From: Oculina patagonica
Taxonomy: Eukaryota
Assembly: GCF_052425735.1 (NCBI RefSeq)
Contig: NC_135765.1
Coordinates: forward strand, 32,116,001 to 32,180,000
Direction of reading: 5' to 3'
DNA: 64,000 nucleotides
The first letter of the stretch is position 1, and each line of letters starts with the position of its first letter. A model generated the notes under the pieces. That model saw only the letters and a program-made list of their open reading frames with translations, was not told where the DNA came from and did not search any database. This document shows, one piece after another, positions 52,639 through 64,000 of this stretch. The position numbers and the translations under genes are program-made.

Positions 52639-53368
52639 TTATGCCATAACATAAACATGTCATTAGCATGGAGCAATATTTATCCCAGAGTCGTTCTCAC
52701 TAACAAACTGAATGGTAAAACAATCACAACATGGGGCACTGAAGATTCGTTCGGGCTTCCCAAGATCCACTTCGACCTAACTCTTAACCTTTCCATAATT
52801 TTCAACATGGATAAAAGCGGGTAGAACGTAATAATGATGGCATTTCTCACTTTGTTTTTACAGATCCCGTCCCGATCCCGTAGCACAGCAGTAAAACCAG
52901 TCAAGTAATTCCCCCTTCAAGAGTAGGAATAGTCTCCCCACGGGATCAACAAGGTAGAAGTTACCGAGGATGGCGCGACTCCCTTAATGTGTAACACATT
53001 TGTAACAAATTAGGTGGCTGTCCAAAGAAATGAGTTCGTTAAGGGTGTTTTACGATTACCTGGTTACAAATCTGTTGTTATAGTTTTGCGAAACGAATTC
53101 ACTTGTATCTGATAAACCATAAAGTTCAGTACGCGTTACGGTTGTCTTGTGCAACTTTTTATTTTTATCAATCATCAACACAAACTGACAATGCTAAGAA
53201 GTTAAAACGTAGTAAAATAATTACGCTCTATTCTATACTCCAGATATTTGCGAAAAACACCGCAGTAGAAGCAGAGGACTAAATATTTTGTATTCTCGTG
53301 AGATAAAGCATTAGACTACATGGAGGTAATTCTTTTTTTACATGAAGGGCACGGAGTTATCACCTCTT

Positions 53369-54219
53369 CTGGGGCGGATCCAGGATTTTTCAAAGGGGGG
53401 TGACTGTTTACCAATATTTTTTCGGGGGGGGGGGTTGGGTTTTAGGCAGTTTTTTGAAAGTGGGAGTGCAAATGAGTTTAAATGTGAGGCCCATATTTAT
53501 TGGAGCTGAAGGCTCCATCCGCCTAGGGGGGTCTGGGGGCATGCCCCCTCAGAAAATTTTGAAAAGTTGAAGCCTCTTAGACGTGATTTCCGCGATTCTG
53601 AGCAGCTTTATACAGCTGTCAATTAAGTTATTAAGCGACTGTTTTTCCTTGATAATTTGGCAAAATATTCTTTGTTCAACTTACCTTGAGTTATATTTCA
53701 GAGAAAAAGTCTAGTTCTTATGAAATGAACAGTGATTGAAATTTAAAGTTGACAGGCCACGAACTTACAGGAAAGAACAGATATGCGCTTTTTGCTCACC
53801 CACATGCGTGAACATTTTTAGCCCTTGGCAAAGTGGCCTGGGGACAACTTTGGCGACTTAACTTGTTTGTGAAATCGCTTCAATGCGAAAAAACGGTACG
53901 AACACTTGCTAAAAAAATGTAAATGGAGAAGAAAATCATTCCAGCAAGGCTAAAACAACTCTCAAAAGTTAAGAGGAATCTAATTTTTTCAAATTATACA
54001 CACATGTTTTGTTACATTAAGCCAGAAGTTCGTAAAACAGGCTGTCGAAAATCTCCTATTTTGGAAAAATGGCCTTTCTTAACTTTGAACGGCCGCCTGA
54101 CTATGAAAGGTGGATGTACATTGCCCTTATTTTCTATTTTAATATGTTTATTTTCATTTTTCTGGTGGATCAAGGGGGGTGGCTAGCCACCCAATCCACC
54201 CCCCCTGGATCCGCCCCTG
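53369..54219. mobile_element. MITE
   Basis: Ends ggggcggatccagg / cctggatccgcccc. Confidence 0.65.
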
Positions 54220-54467
54220 CTCTTTTGATCATGCATCAGCTACCTTGCGTGCCTTTCTATAGGAGAGAGATTGGCACGAAAAGAAAACCCAAACGTAACC
54301 CAACGGAGTTGCACGTTTGCGCCAAATAAGGAAAAACCTGTCCAAACCTCAAAACTACGGGATTCTGTCAGAAATTTAAAAAGCAAGATGGTGCCCACCT
54401 AGCTAACTACATATCGTCGCACATTCTGAAGTTTTAACAACAAAGGAGGTGAATAAAGTACTACTTA

Positions 54468-54738
54468 GGGACGGACCATTTAGTTTTTGAGGCGCGGGGT
54501 TAGGCATTTTTATCTGAAAAAGGAGCGGGTTTTTTTTCAGCATTGGTATTTGCAAAAATATTTTACCAACATAACCCTCTGGGAGATATATTTTGGCACC
54601 ATCCCGGTTTAGCAGGTGGCCGGTGGGGCTTGCTCGATTCCCTGTGCCAACTTTGCACTTTTTTCTCCTACTTTTCTTGTGCAAGAATTTTTTTCGTAAT
54701 TGCGCAACACCCCTGCCAAAAATTAAATGGTCCTTCCC
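54468..54738. mobile_element. Harbinger-type MITE (TTA TSD)
   Basis: tta|gggacggaccatt .. aatggtccttccc|tta; a related left end at ~3990. Confidence 0.7.
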
Positions 54739-55513
54739 TTAAGTCAAAATGTTAGCCCGTCTGTCAACTTGTCTCCATCGTTGCTTGAGTCGTCACACAA
54801 CACTTTTGCGTGACAAATCTAAGTAACAACAGCGAAAGAAATTAAACTATCATCCTATTACGGCAAAAGCTTACCCTACAAATCATACTAACAGCATACG
54901 TTAATGCGTGGGTGCGCAGTGTGAAAGGGTTAGAGCCTTTTAAAATTTGAAATAATATTTAGCTGTCAACGAATCAGCATCAACAGATTCAAGAAAATAA
55001 CACAACAATTTATAACAGTTTCGGCTAAAACTCAAACGCTCTTTTGTGGTCTTACAAGCGCTGTGCATTTTTAACAAAGAATTATGACTTATAACAAACC
55101 TAGAGTAACGGGCGAAGTTTTAATTTTTTAACAACAAATCACAACGCCAGCATGTGTAGCATTTTATAGCTAATTTTTGTGTCTGCCTGGTGCGGACAAA
55201 TTTGTCAAAAGATCTTGTACAAAAAGGTTGATGCTATTAACAGCTGATATTATTCGAAAAAGAAGCAGAGGTTTAGACTCGTGAAAAACGTGTAATGAGA
55301 GCCGGATTTGAAAACAACAGACAAGTCAAATTGGAGGCCATAAGAAAAAGAGGAATTCCTTTCACACAGCGCACTTAAGATAAGTTTCGGAAAAATCGTG
55401 TACCAAGAGCCTCCGTTTCTAAATACCAGCGCTCACGTTTGTCAAAACACATGCAGTAAGGAATCAAAACCCTGGGAACGAGATTAGTATCAGTATTGGA
55501 AGAACAGCTCAAA

Positions 55514-58500
55514 TTAAATTTCATTGACCAGCGGTCGCATAGGAACGGTGGTGTTGGTGCTGGTTGCCATGACAGAAGGGCCAACAGCAGGTTGCAAAAT
55601 GACGGTCCCTTGGTTGTTAGGACGGGATTTGCAGCAGCAGCAGCAACAGCAGCACGCGATCACGATGATGACGAAAAGAATCGCCCCGCCAACCACAAGC
55701 CCTTTGCCGACATCGCCCATCTCATACCACCATGCAAAGATACCTAAACCAAAAAATCATTTTATAAGGTCAGTTTTAGTTGGAAAATTATATATCACCT
55801 CTAGCCTTGTAGCGGACAAGTTCTACTAGTATACACGGATCTAGAGTTTCAGGCTTCCGGTCCAAATTCAAAGGAAAAGTAAGCATCATTTAGTCAGGCC
55901 ATTGTTAAACATCGCAAAATACAATAGCCTGGCTTAATGAGTCTCGCCTTTCTTTTGAATTTGGACCGGAAGTCTGAAACTCTGGATCCGTGTATATATA
56001 CTTACCACAGGCGTTGGTATTAATGGGCAGATCTCCCTCCATCACTGTTGCCTTCACAGGATAACCCCCTTCTCCCAGAATATCGCCTCCAGCTAGGAGT
56101 TTCACCTGTAAAAAGACAACAAAAACTCTCAGGTTTTTTGCCCTCTACTTGTTTGGTAGTACAATAGCCTGCATAGCAGGCGTCTGTGTAGTTTTTAGCG
56201 CGCGCGCCTTTCGCGTTTCTCCCATACGCGCGCTAGAAACTAACGACGCCTGCCACGCAGGCTAGTAGTACAACGAAAAAAATTACGTCATCTGTGACGT
56301 TCATCGTGCAACTGCTGGCGCAATGTGTTCCAGGTCTTCAGACTGCTGCGCTTTTATGACGCCTTTAACAATAAATTAGTGTATAAGATTGAACAACAAC
56401 AACAACTTTATTTGCACCTTTTCTTTCAATTAAAATTAGCAAAACAATAAATAAAATAAATAGAGTAAAGTGCATGGCTGCCCAGAATAACCACGATTGG
56501 CTAACAAGATTGGGCAGCCATACTTAGTTTTTATTACAATAATTTATAAAAAGGTCAGGTATATTTAATATTTACATAGCAAACTATACAACACACAAAA
56601 ACAAAACTAAGTAGGCTTAAAGAAAAAATTAATGGAAAAAAAGATGAAAAATGACGTATTATAGTTATAAATATAAAATGTTCAGTTAATAGCTTGTTTT
56701 TTTTATATTTTTTCTTAAATTGTTTAAGTGACAGAAGCTTAATGTCATCACTGATAGCATTCCAGATTTTAGCGCCCTGATATCTAATATTAAAGATTCC
56801 ATAATTTGTTCTGGTTTTGGGTAAAGCATAAGTCATTCTAGAGGAAAATCTTGTATTGTAACCATGAGTTTCTTTTGCCGAAGTGAAAAAAACATCAAAA
56901 TAAGAAGGGAGAAGTTGGTTTTTAAATTTGTACATAAAAACAGCAATGTGAAAAGTTACTTCATCAAATAATTTGATAACATTTAGATCTTTGAAAAGTG
57001 GACTTGTATGTTCAGAAAAGCTAGAGAAAGTTATAATTCTAATGGCTTTTTTTTGTAATACAAAAAGAGGTTGCAGAGAAGTTTGATAAGTATTATCCCA
57101 AGCTATTAAACAATATGTTAAAAATGGATAAACAAGAGCATAATAAAGGTCCAGCAAGGTTTTACTGTTAAGATAATAGCGAAGTTTAGAAAGAATTCCT
57201 ATACTTCGTTTAATCTTTTTTGCAATGAAATTAATTTGACTTTTCCAGTTAAGACGCTTATATGAGCTCTCCCGTTCTTGTGTGTGTTACGGCTTATACG
57301 GTGTTCTGCAAAGTTTCCCCATTATAAAAATATAGCACAGAAGTCAGTAGGATTATTGAAAAATTCGTTTAGTCGCTCGGAACTTGGGAACCACTTTCCC
57401 GGCTCAAAAAGATGTCATAACTGTGTACTGATCAGTTGTGTCGTACACAAAGTACCAACCTTTAGATGTAGTTCGTCGCCGTTTGGAGTGAATCCGACTT
57501 GAACGTACACACCGGCAGAAACGAGACCATGCAAGGACGCGGTGAAGCCTGGCACTGCTACAATGTCGTCACTGGTGTAAGTATGGGACCACGTGATATA
57601 CAGATCAGGAACGTCCATTGAGGCGGTCACACTCACTGGATCATCACACTTGTTGACCTAACAGGCAATAAAATTACTATCACTTTTAGTCCAGTTTGAA
57701 AAGAGCTTATGATGAATGGTTGAGACCCGTTTTCTTTTCCTTTCTTGCTTTATTAGTTTGGAAATAGTTCTCTTACAACTGTTAACTGGGGCCGTAAAAT
57801 TGTGGCTAACTGTGTTCACTCAGTGGCGAGTACAAAAAATATCAACTGCTGTTTTGCCTTAACTCCAAATTCTTAGAACTAGTTTTAAACGACTGGTATT
57901 ACAGCCCGTGAGAAAAGTTAATCTCTCGAGATTAAGAATGAAAGGGTTAATGGCAAATACTGTTTGCTGGCGTAAAGCCTTCTTGGAAAACGAAAATAAA
58001 AGATGCATTTCACATGTGATGTCGAGGATAAAACTGTCGATTACAATTGAAATAACTATGACAAAAATATGTAAATAAGTTAAATACTATCGTATCCTTT
58101 AAGAACTAAGAATGAAACAATTCCAAAATCTTTTTATTGAAGAATGGTTCAGACATCTACAATGTTGATGTGATTACCTTCAGCGTAAGTGTGATAGGCT
58201 TGTCGACAAAATCCATCTTACACGTGATTTTGCTGCAATCTTCACTGATACTGCATCCGTCACCGAGGGACGCGTCGGGACACGACCCGTCAATTGTTAT
58301 AGAATGTTGATCATCGTAGACGTCGCCTAAAAAAAAGACAACACTTGATTGGCTGACAAGAAGATGCTTCATGGTTGAAGCATGTTGAGTACAGTTTCTT
58401 GGACAAAATGGTAAAGAAAAACCAAATCAAGTGAATACATATACCTAATATATAGCTCATGGTCATCCTTTTGACTTTGTCAGCCATAGAGAACTATCTT

Positions 58501-61500
58501 ACCCAGTGTCTAAATAATCAAAGATTCTTGGACGAATAACATCTGTCTATCCCACCACTTAAAGTTCTAAACAGTGGTCCATGTTGGATCAATGAAACGT
58601 AACTTTATTTGATGTGATCAGAGCACCAACGCTAGTCTATACATTTGAAAGCAAGTTTTGTTGAAAACTTCGCAACCTAATTTTCAGCTATACCCCAATT
58701 CAACTTAAAATTTCGTATTCTCCTATGTGTCCTCACTAATGTGAATTTCGCATTGTTAACTGGGATTAATTATTTAGAATTCTCGTAATTTGCCTAAAAG
58801 TTGTTACGACTACTTTTTTATCGCAGCTTGATTTATTCATGTTTGCACCAAGAATGTTGAGAAAATCAATTCATTTTTTTTGTCCTGATTAAATTTTGTA
58901 TGTCATGCATCACATGCGGAGAAATTATCATTCTAAAAGCCTTTCTCATTTTATGTGTAAATCAGTTTCAAAGAAATGTTAAACGTTACTTTGTTTTACT
59001 TTTTTACTAGCTTTTATTGACCTTTCAAAGTTACTCGATTTTAAAAAAACTGTAATGTACGATTCTAGACGGGTAAGTACCATTTGGGATCACACATATT
59101 TATTTCTTCTTCTCTTATTTAGCAATTTTTACTGATATTAATTTACATCAATTCGATGAATTTCAATATACCGTTGTTTACAATTCTTACATGTTTCTGT
59201 TGAAGTCTAGTCTCTCTCGCAGCCGTTTTAAGTGTCGTCACTTAACGCTCCTCCCCACAAACGGCCGTTTGTGGGGAGGAGCGCTGCGTGACGACACTAA
59301 AAACGGCTGGCCCCGAGGAAGACTAGTTAAAGTCTAGCTCTTTGCAATTTATGAATAAGGTGTGCTCACCTCCAAGATCGCGAGATTCCCATAGCTAGGC
59401 AAAGTAGCTACCGCGAGAGCAAAAGCAATTTTAGCAGTGGAACGTTGATTTAACGAACCTCTATATAACGAAGTCCTCGGTATAAAGGCGAACGATATTC
59501 TTCAGCCCGGCCAAAGTGACAAAAAGTGTATGGAGGAGGACCTCGATATAACGAAATCCTCGTTATCACGAACACAATCCGAAAGCCCAAACGTAAAATG
59601 TCCCTCGATATAACGAAAACGTGTCAACACGCAACAAAAGATGAATGCGGAACACACCAACAAGGATGAAAATCCTTTAATCCTGTAACACTGAGAGAAC
59701 AAGTTCATCAAGTACATATGTCCATATCAATGTGCATATATTATACATTACAAATCTTATTTTCAGAAATCGTTAATATCCGGGTGCGCAGTGCAACGTA
59801 ACAGGGGTAAAAACTGATTAGCTATACCTCGATATAACGACCATTTTGGTTGTTTTTCCGAAACTTCGTTATATCGAAGAACCCTTGTTGTAACGAACAA
59901 ATTTTCACAGTCCCTTCGCGCTTCGTTAAATCGAGGTTTTTACTGTAAAAGCTGTCCCTGCTAACATAAATGTAAAACTATCTACGATCGCGAATCGACA
60001 CTATGCTCTTGTAACGACAAAGAAAGTCGTAGCCAAGCTTAACGAAGTGGGTATCTAAGCTCGTTAAAATCAGTTAAAATCGATTCACTCCAGCCACAAA
60101 AATTGCAGCAAACAGCCTGTTTTTCATCAGTTTCTTCCTTCCCTTCTTGCAGTCAGATGACTTGTAGACTTAATTTCTTCTTCTGTAAATTCCCTAAAAA
60201 CACGAGGCACGTTACCATGATTTTTCTAGTTGATCGCCTGATCTATCAAATGATTTTTCTTACACTGACGAATGTATACGTACTTGTGTAAGAATTTAAA
60301 TGCAGTCTTCTGAGAGATAAAACTGAAATAAATCACTTTTTGTGGGGTTTTTTTCCTTCTGATATTTGCACATCCTACAAAAATTAAATTATTTCCCTCA
60401 TTGACGTGCCTAGTGAAAGATATTTACCTCGCCGCTTGCAGGTCCGCTTCGCGGCTCGGTAGATATCCACCACTATCCACCCCATTGCGGGGAATAAATT
60501 CAAATAATTGTTTAATATAAGCCGGCTTCTAGAAGTTTCCAAAATCAATAAAGTTTAGCAGATAAAAATTCTAATCAAAATTACAAGTTTACTTTCCAGC
60601 CTTTTCAGAATAGCGAACTCTTCAAAATGATTTCACACTGCGCAGATTAGCGCTATCAATGAGCTTTTTCGATTCTTGCTCAGTATGTCACGGATTACAT
60701 TTAAAAACTAGAAAAATAGACTTGAATGTGCCAATTTTTAAAGCAGAACAAAATCCTAAAGAATGATGCAAATAACATGCTGGTTTAACTGCATGTTTAA
60801 TAAAAAATTTCGCTTCGGTTAGACAATGGGTTACCTTGTTGTCTAACAGCTAAAGTGATAAAAGTTCGCTTTGGTTAAATCATGTATCCGAGACAGGAAT
60901 GAAAAGAAAGGAAACACAAAGGTAGATCTCAAGCATTAATAATAAAAACCTTCCATAACTTCTCGAAACTTCCATAATTTTGCAGCAGTGATCGTTCTGC
61001 GAGTAATGCTGTCAAAAAAAATAAATTAAAATTCGAGGTCTACCTTCTGTTTACCTTCTTTATGAAGTTTATATCAAGCTTTAATAGTTATTTCGACGAG
61101 CTTATAATCGTTTTTGTCACCAGATCTCTAACTAACGAACCTTCGAGAATAATCACGTACGGTCAAGTCTGCGGTATCCGCCATCGATTCCAAGAATTCG
61201 AGACTTATTGAAAAGGCGCGGAAGGATATTGGTATCTATTTTCCACGGAACAACTTTTACCAATCGTGCAAAAACTAATCAAAATGCTTTAAAGAATTAA
61301 CACATACAAATTCTTTCTCTTGTAACTTTCGTTTGCTCTTTCTTGCGAAGAAACTATAAAGGTTTTCTAAAACGAATAATTAGTCGCCGTTTGAGACGTT
61401 TGAGGTTTCCACGAAATCCCGACATGTGCCAAATTCCGAGAAATTATCTCTCATGCTAATATTCTTCTTTGAATCTTATTATTTTCCACTTTCAGTTACC

Positions 61501-61743
61501 AATTGTTAACGGTTCTTTAACTTTTCTCATAAAGAATTCAGTAACAACATTTCACCGCAAGGAAGAAGACAATTCAGATGTCCGCTAAAGAGCTTTTACA
61601 ATTTTTGCACTAATAATTAATGCATAACCATAAATTACAACAAGTTTGCATCAAATAAAAACCCTACCTGCAGTTGAAGAAAATAGCTGGCTTATAACAA
61701 GAACGAAAACTCCTGTGGCAAAAGCGTGTCGTGGAGAAAACAT
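55514..61743 (-). CDS. Cluster paralogue 6, 5 exons, intact (~250 aa): signal peptide, Cys ectodomain, TM, C8 tract, short tail
   Basis: Exons 61743-61668 (MFSPRHAFATGVFVLVISQLFSSTA), 58326-58178, 57657-57460, 56105-56006, 55743-55514. All introns GT-AG; total 753 nt in frame. Confidence 0.88.
55832..55995. mobile_element. Foldback hairpin MITE next to the exon-4 donor of paralogue 6
   Basis: Long inverted repeat tacacggatctagagtttcag../..ctgaaactctggatccgtgta; a second copy at ~62806-62970. Confidence 0.8.
56392..57255 (-). mobile_element. LINE (CR1/L2-like) 3' portion in intron 3 of paralogue 6
   Basis: LYYALVYPFLTYC..LQKKAIRII..HGYNTR..GAKIWN ORF; 3' stem-loop and (GTT)n tail. Confidence 0.85.
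59435..59945. mobile_element. pogo/mariner-type MITE
   Basis: cagtggaacgttgatttaacgaa / ttcgttaaatcgaggttttactg ends; internal cctcgatataacg repeats. Confidence 0.65.
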
Positions 61744-61836
61744 TTTAACAGAGCAAACTCAGCAAAGATAACACATTACAATATGCAGATAGCGTCTCAG
61801 TGATCCAACCCACGCGAATTAATTGACATATGTTCT

Positions 61837-61896
61837 GGAAAATTCCGGTTTGACCGGTTTTGTAGTGTTCTCAGAAAAAAGTTTTGTTTCTCGGAA
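61837..61896 (-). promoter_or_regulatory. GAS-GAS-kappaB promoter module of paralogue 6
   Basis: GGAAAATTCC 61837-61846, TTCTCAGAA 61868-61876, TTCTCGGAA 61888-61896. Confidence 0.65.
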
Positions 61897-63898
61897 CATT
61901 AGCTTACGTAAGCCAGACTCGTTCCCAATCCAAAATGGTAAAATAAATCGCGGAGTCGTGAGGCACAAATTCTCGTTTTGATCCAGTGCCAGGCTGCCGG
62001 CGGCCTTTGTACTCAAATCTTTCCAAAGATTTCAACCAAGAAGAGGCTCGGAAGGTGTTTGTGTAAATGCAACCAGAGATTTGGTTTGTTTTATACATAT
62101 ATCTTTTTTACCTGGAAAACTCAGTTTTCTGAGTCGTCAGTGGAAGAGAATGGTCTGCAAAGATCGTTATTTCCAAAGAAACTTTGTCGCAGTTTTGGTC
62201 ATTATTTTGTCGGTTGGGTCAAATCAAACTCGCGCATGTCTGAGTTTACTATTTCTTTATGGGAACCCGGTGCCATATTCCGTCAAGAACAATTGAGCAA
62301 ATATTTAATTAAGATACTTCAATGCTACATCTATTAGAAAGCGCGTGTTGTTTAAAGGAGCAATGTCACGGTATATATAAATAAGTCATTTTTCTGCTTT
62401 CTTTCAATATAATACTTTTCTAACATAGAAAACAACAAAGAAGTAATAAAAAGGCGAAAATAACCAAGAATGGTTTCTACTGATAAAGATTAGGACGACA
62501 AATTGAAATTAGATCCTTTAACAATGTTATATGCATTAGCTTACGTACGTACACTGAATTTGTCAGTCAATTTTGTATTGATTTATGTTATGCCAACAGA
62601 ATAGGTCAGAAAAGTATCAGTAGATCATACATTTACGTGTAATATTTTGCATCGAATTTAGAAAAAGGTGAAAAACATGGATACCACCCCTAATAAATAC
62701 CTGTTAGGATAAATAAGTGTATGTATGTTTTCACATTTACCACGGTTTTATTAAGTTCAATTGGTCCATATATGGTACATCTTTAAGCTAGCAATCTCCT
62801 GAAAATACACAGATCCAGAGTTTCAGACTTCCGGTCCAAATTCAAAAGAAAAGTGGGACTCATTAAGTCAGGCTGTTGTGTTTTGCGATGTTTAACAATG
62901 GTCTGACTTAATGAGTGCTCACTTTTCTTTTGAATTTGAACCGGAAGTCTGAAACTCTGGATCCGTGTATAGCAACCGTCCAAACGTATCGATAAGCTAA
63001 GGCTAGTAACGCCGAAAGCAACGAGGGTCGTAACTGTAAAAACAAATAAAATACCGTGTCACTACAGCACAGCGGGTCACTTTGGGGTACCTAGTAACTG
63101 TAGGTAAGGGAAGAAAAAAAACAATTGCAAATCCGTTTAAAAGTTTCGGCGGAATGTGCGCTTCGTGATCTACTTGTACCTATACTTTGTCTTCTAACTG
63201 TACTGAAACGTCTCCTAGAAACCGTATATATATAATAAAAATGTTAATATCATAAAGTTAACTGTGAAATTGTCTTTTAACTTTTGGTATTGGTGGTGCA
63301 TAAAAATTTATTCAAAAACGAGGTTGGAAAGATTAATGAAATGATGAAGAACCAATGCATTTCTGTATCAGTTCTAAGGGGTGATGGAGAAAGATACACA
63401 AAGATACCATACGAGAACAAGACAAAATTAGCTTGAAATGTACACTGTACGATATTTCGGTTTCCAAAACAGCCTTCTAGGTGAGCTTAATTTTAAACTA
63501 AAAATTCTTACAAGTAAGATTCGTTTTGGAAACCGACGGAAATATCGGGCAGTATAATAGGTCTATAAATAAGATTTCTGCCTTTGGGAGGATATTTCAA
63601 TTTTATTTTGTATTTTGCCTCTGTCGTCAAGACCAATTTACCGTTTAATTTTCGCTGTCTCTGTAGAACTTCGAAGTTCTTAACTTATTGTTTGCTTACT
63701 TGAAACAAACTGATTTGCTAAGAAATGAGGAAATAGCTTGGGTGCGGCTTGGAACGTGCCCACGAGATCGCGTGACCTGGCTGGGGCATGACGTCATCGG
63801 ATTCTGTTTTGAAAATTTATGCTCAAAAAATCAGTTTCTCTCTTGACATATAAATACTCGACACGAAGCGAAGAACTTGAGTATTCACTTACGGTTAA

Positions 63899-63959
63899 AT
63901 GATGGAGACGAAGAGTTTTCTTGCCGTGCTGTTTTTCGCTCTTTTGTCGACGGCGTTAG
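63899..63959 (+). CDS. First (signal-peptide) coding exon of a downstream gene continuing beyond the window
   Basis: MMETKSFLAVLFFALLSTAL followed by a phase-1 donor g|gtaag; TATA-like CATATAAATA ~50 bp upstream and TGACGTCA at 63789-63796. Confidence 0.6.
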
Positions 63960-64000
63960 GTAAGAGTTGTGATTATTAATGCTATGAAATAATAACTGTT

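Overview
AT-rich, repeat-dense eukaryotic (animal) genomic DNA. The repeat types suggest a cnidarian such as a stony coral, but that is inference. Most ORFs in the supplied track are spurious. The main content, reconstructed by hand from splice sites, is a tandem cluster of six paralogues of an unrecognised single-pass membrane protein family: signal-peptide exon, a 3-exon ~140-aa six-Cys beta-rich ectodomain module, and a TM exon followed by a poly-Cys tract. Copies 1-3 are on + and copies 4-6 on -, arranged tail to tail. Only copies 4 and 6 are clean. The others carry a TE-truncated tail (1), a GT>GG donor (2), ATG>TTG (3), or an in-frame stop in a duplicated second module (5). Copy 4 has two extra duplicated 60-bp stalk exons. 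Four copies share a proximal promoter module with a kappaB-type palindrome; in three of them it is preceded by two intact STAT/GAS motifs 20-21 bp apart, suggesting an immune-inducible receptor-like family evolving by birth and death. An intronless 192-aa ORF with a possibly permuted GIY-YIG-like motif set lies between copies 2 and 3. Also present: a Penelope-like retroelement with an inverted pseudo-LTR and a minimal hammerhead variant, a decayed HDV-like ribozyme in an RTE-like element, Polinton-like remnants, LINE fragments, tRNA-derived SINEs and many MITEs.
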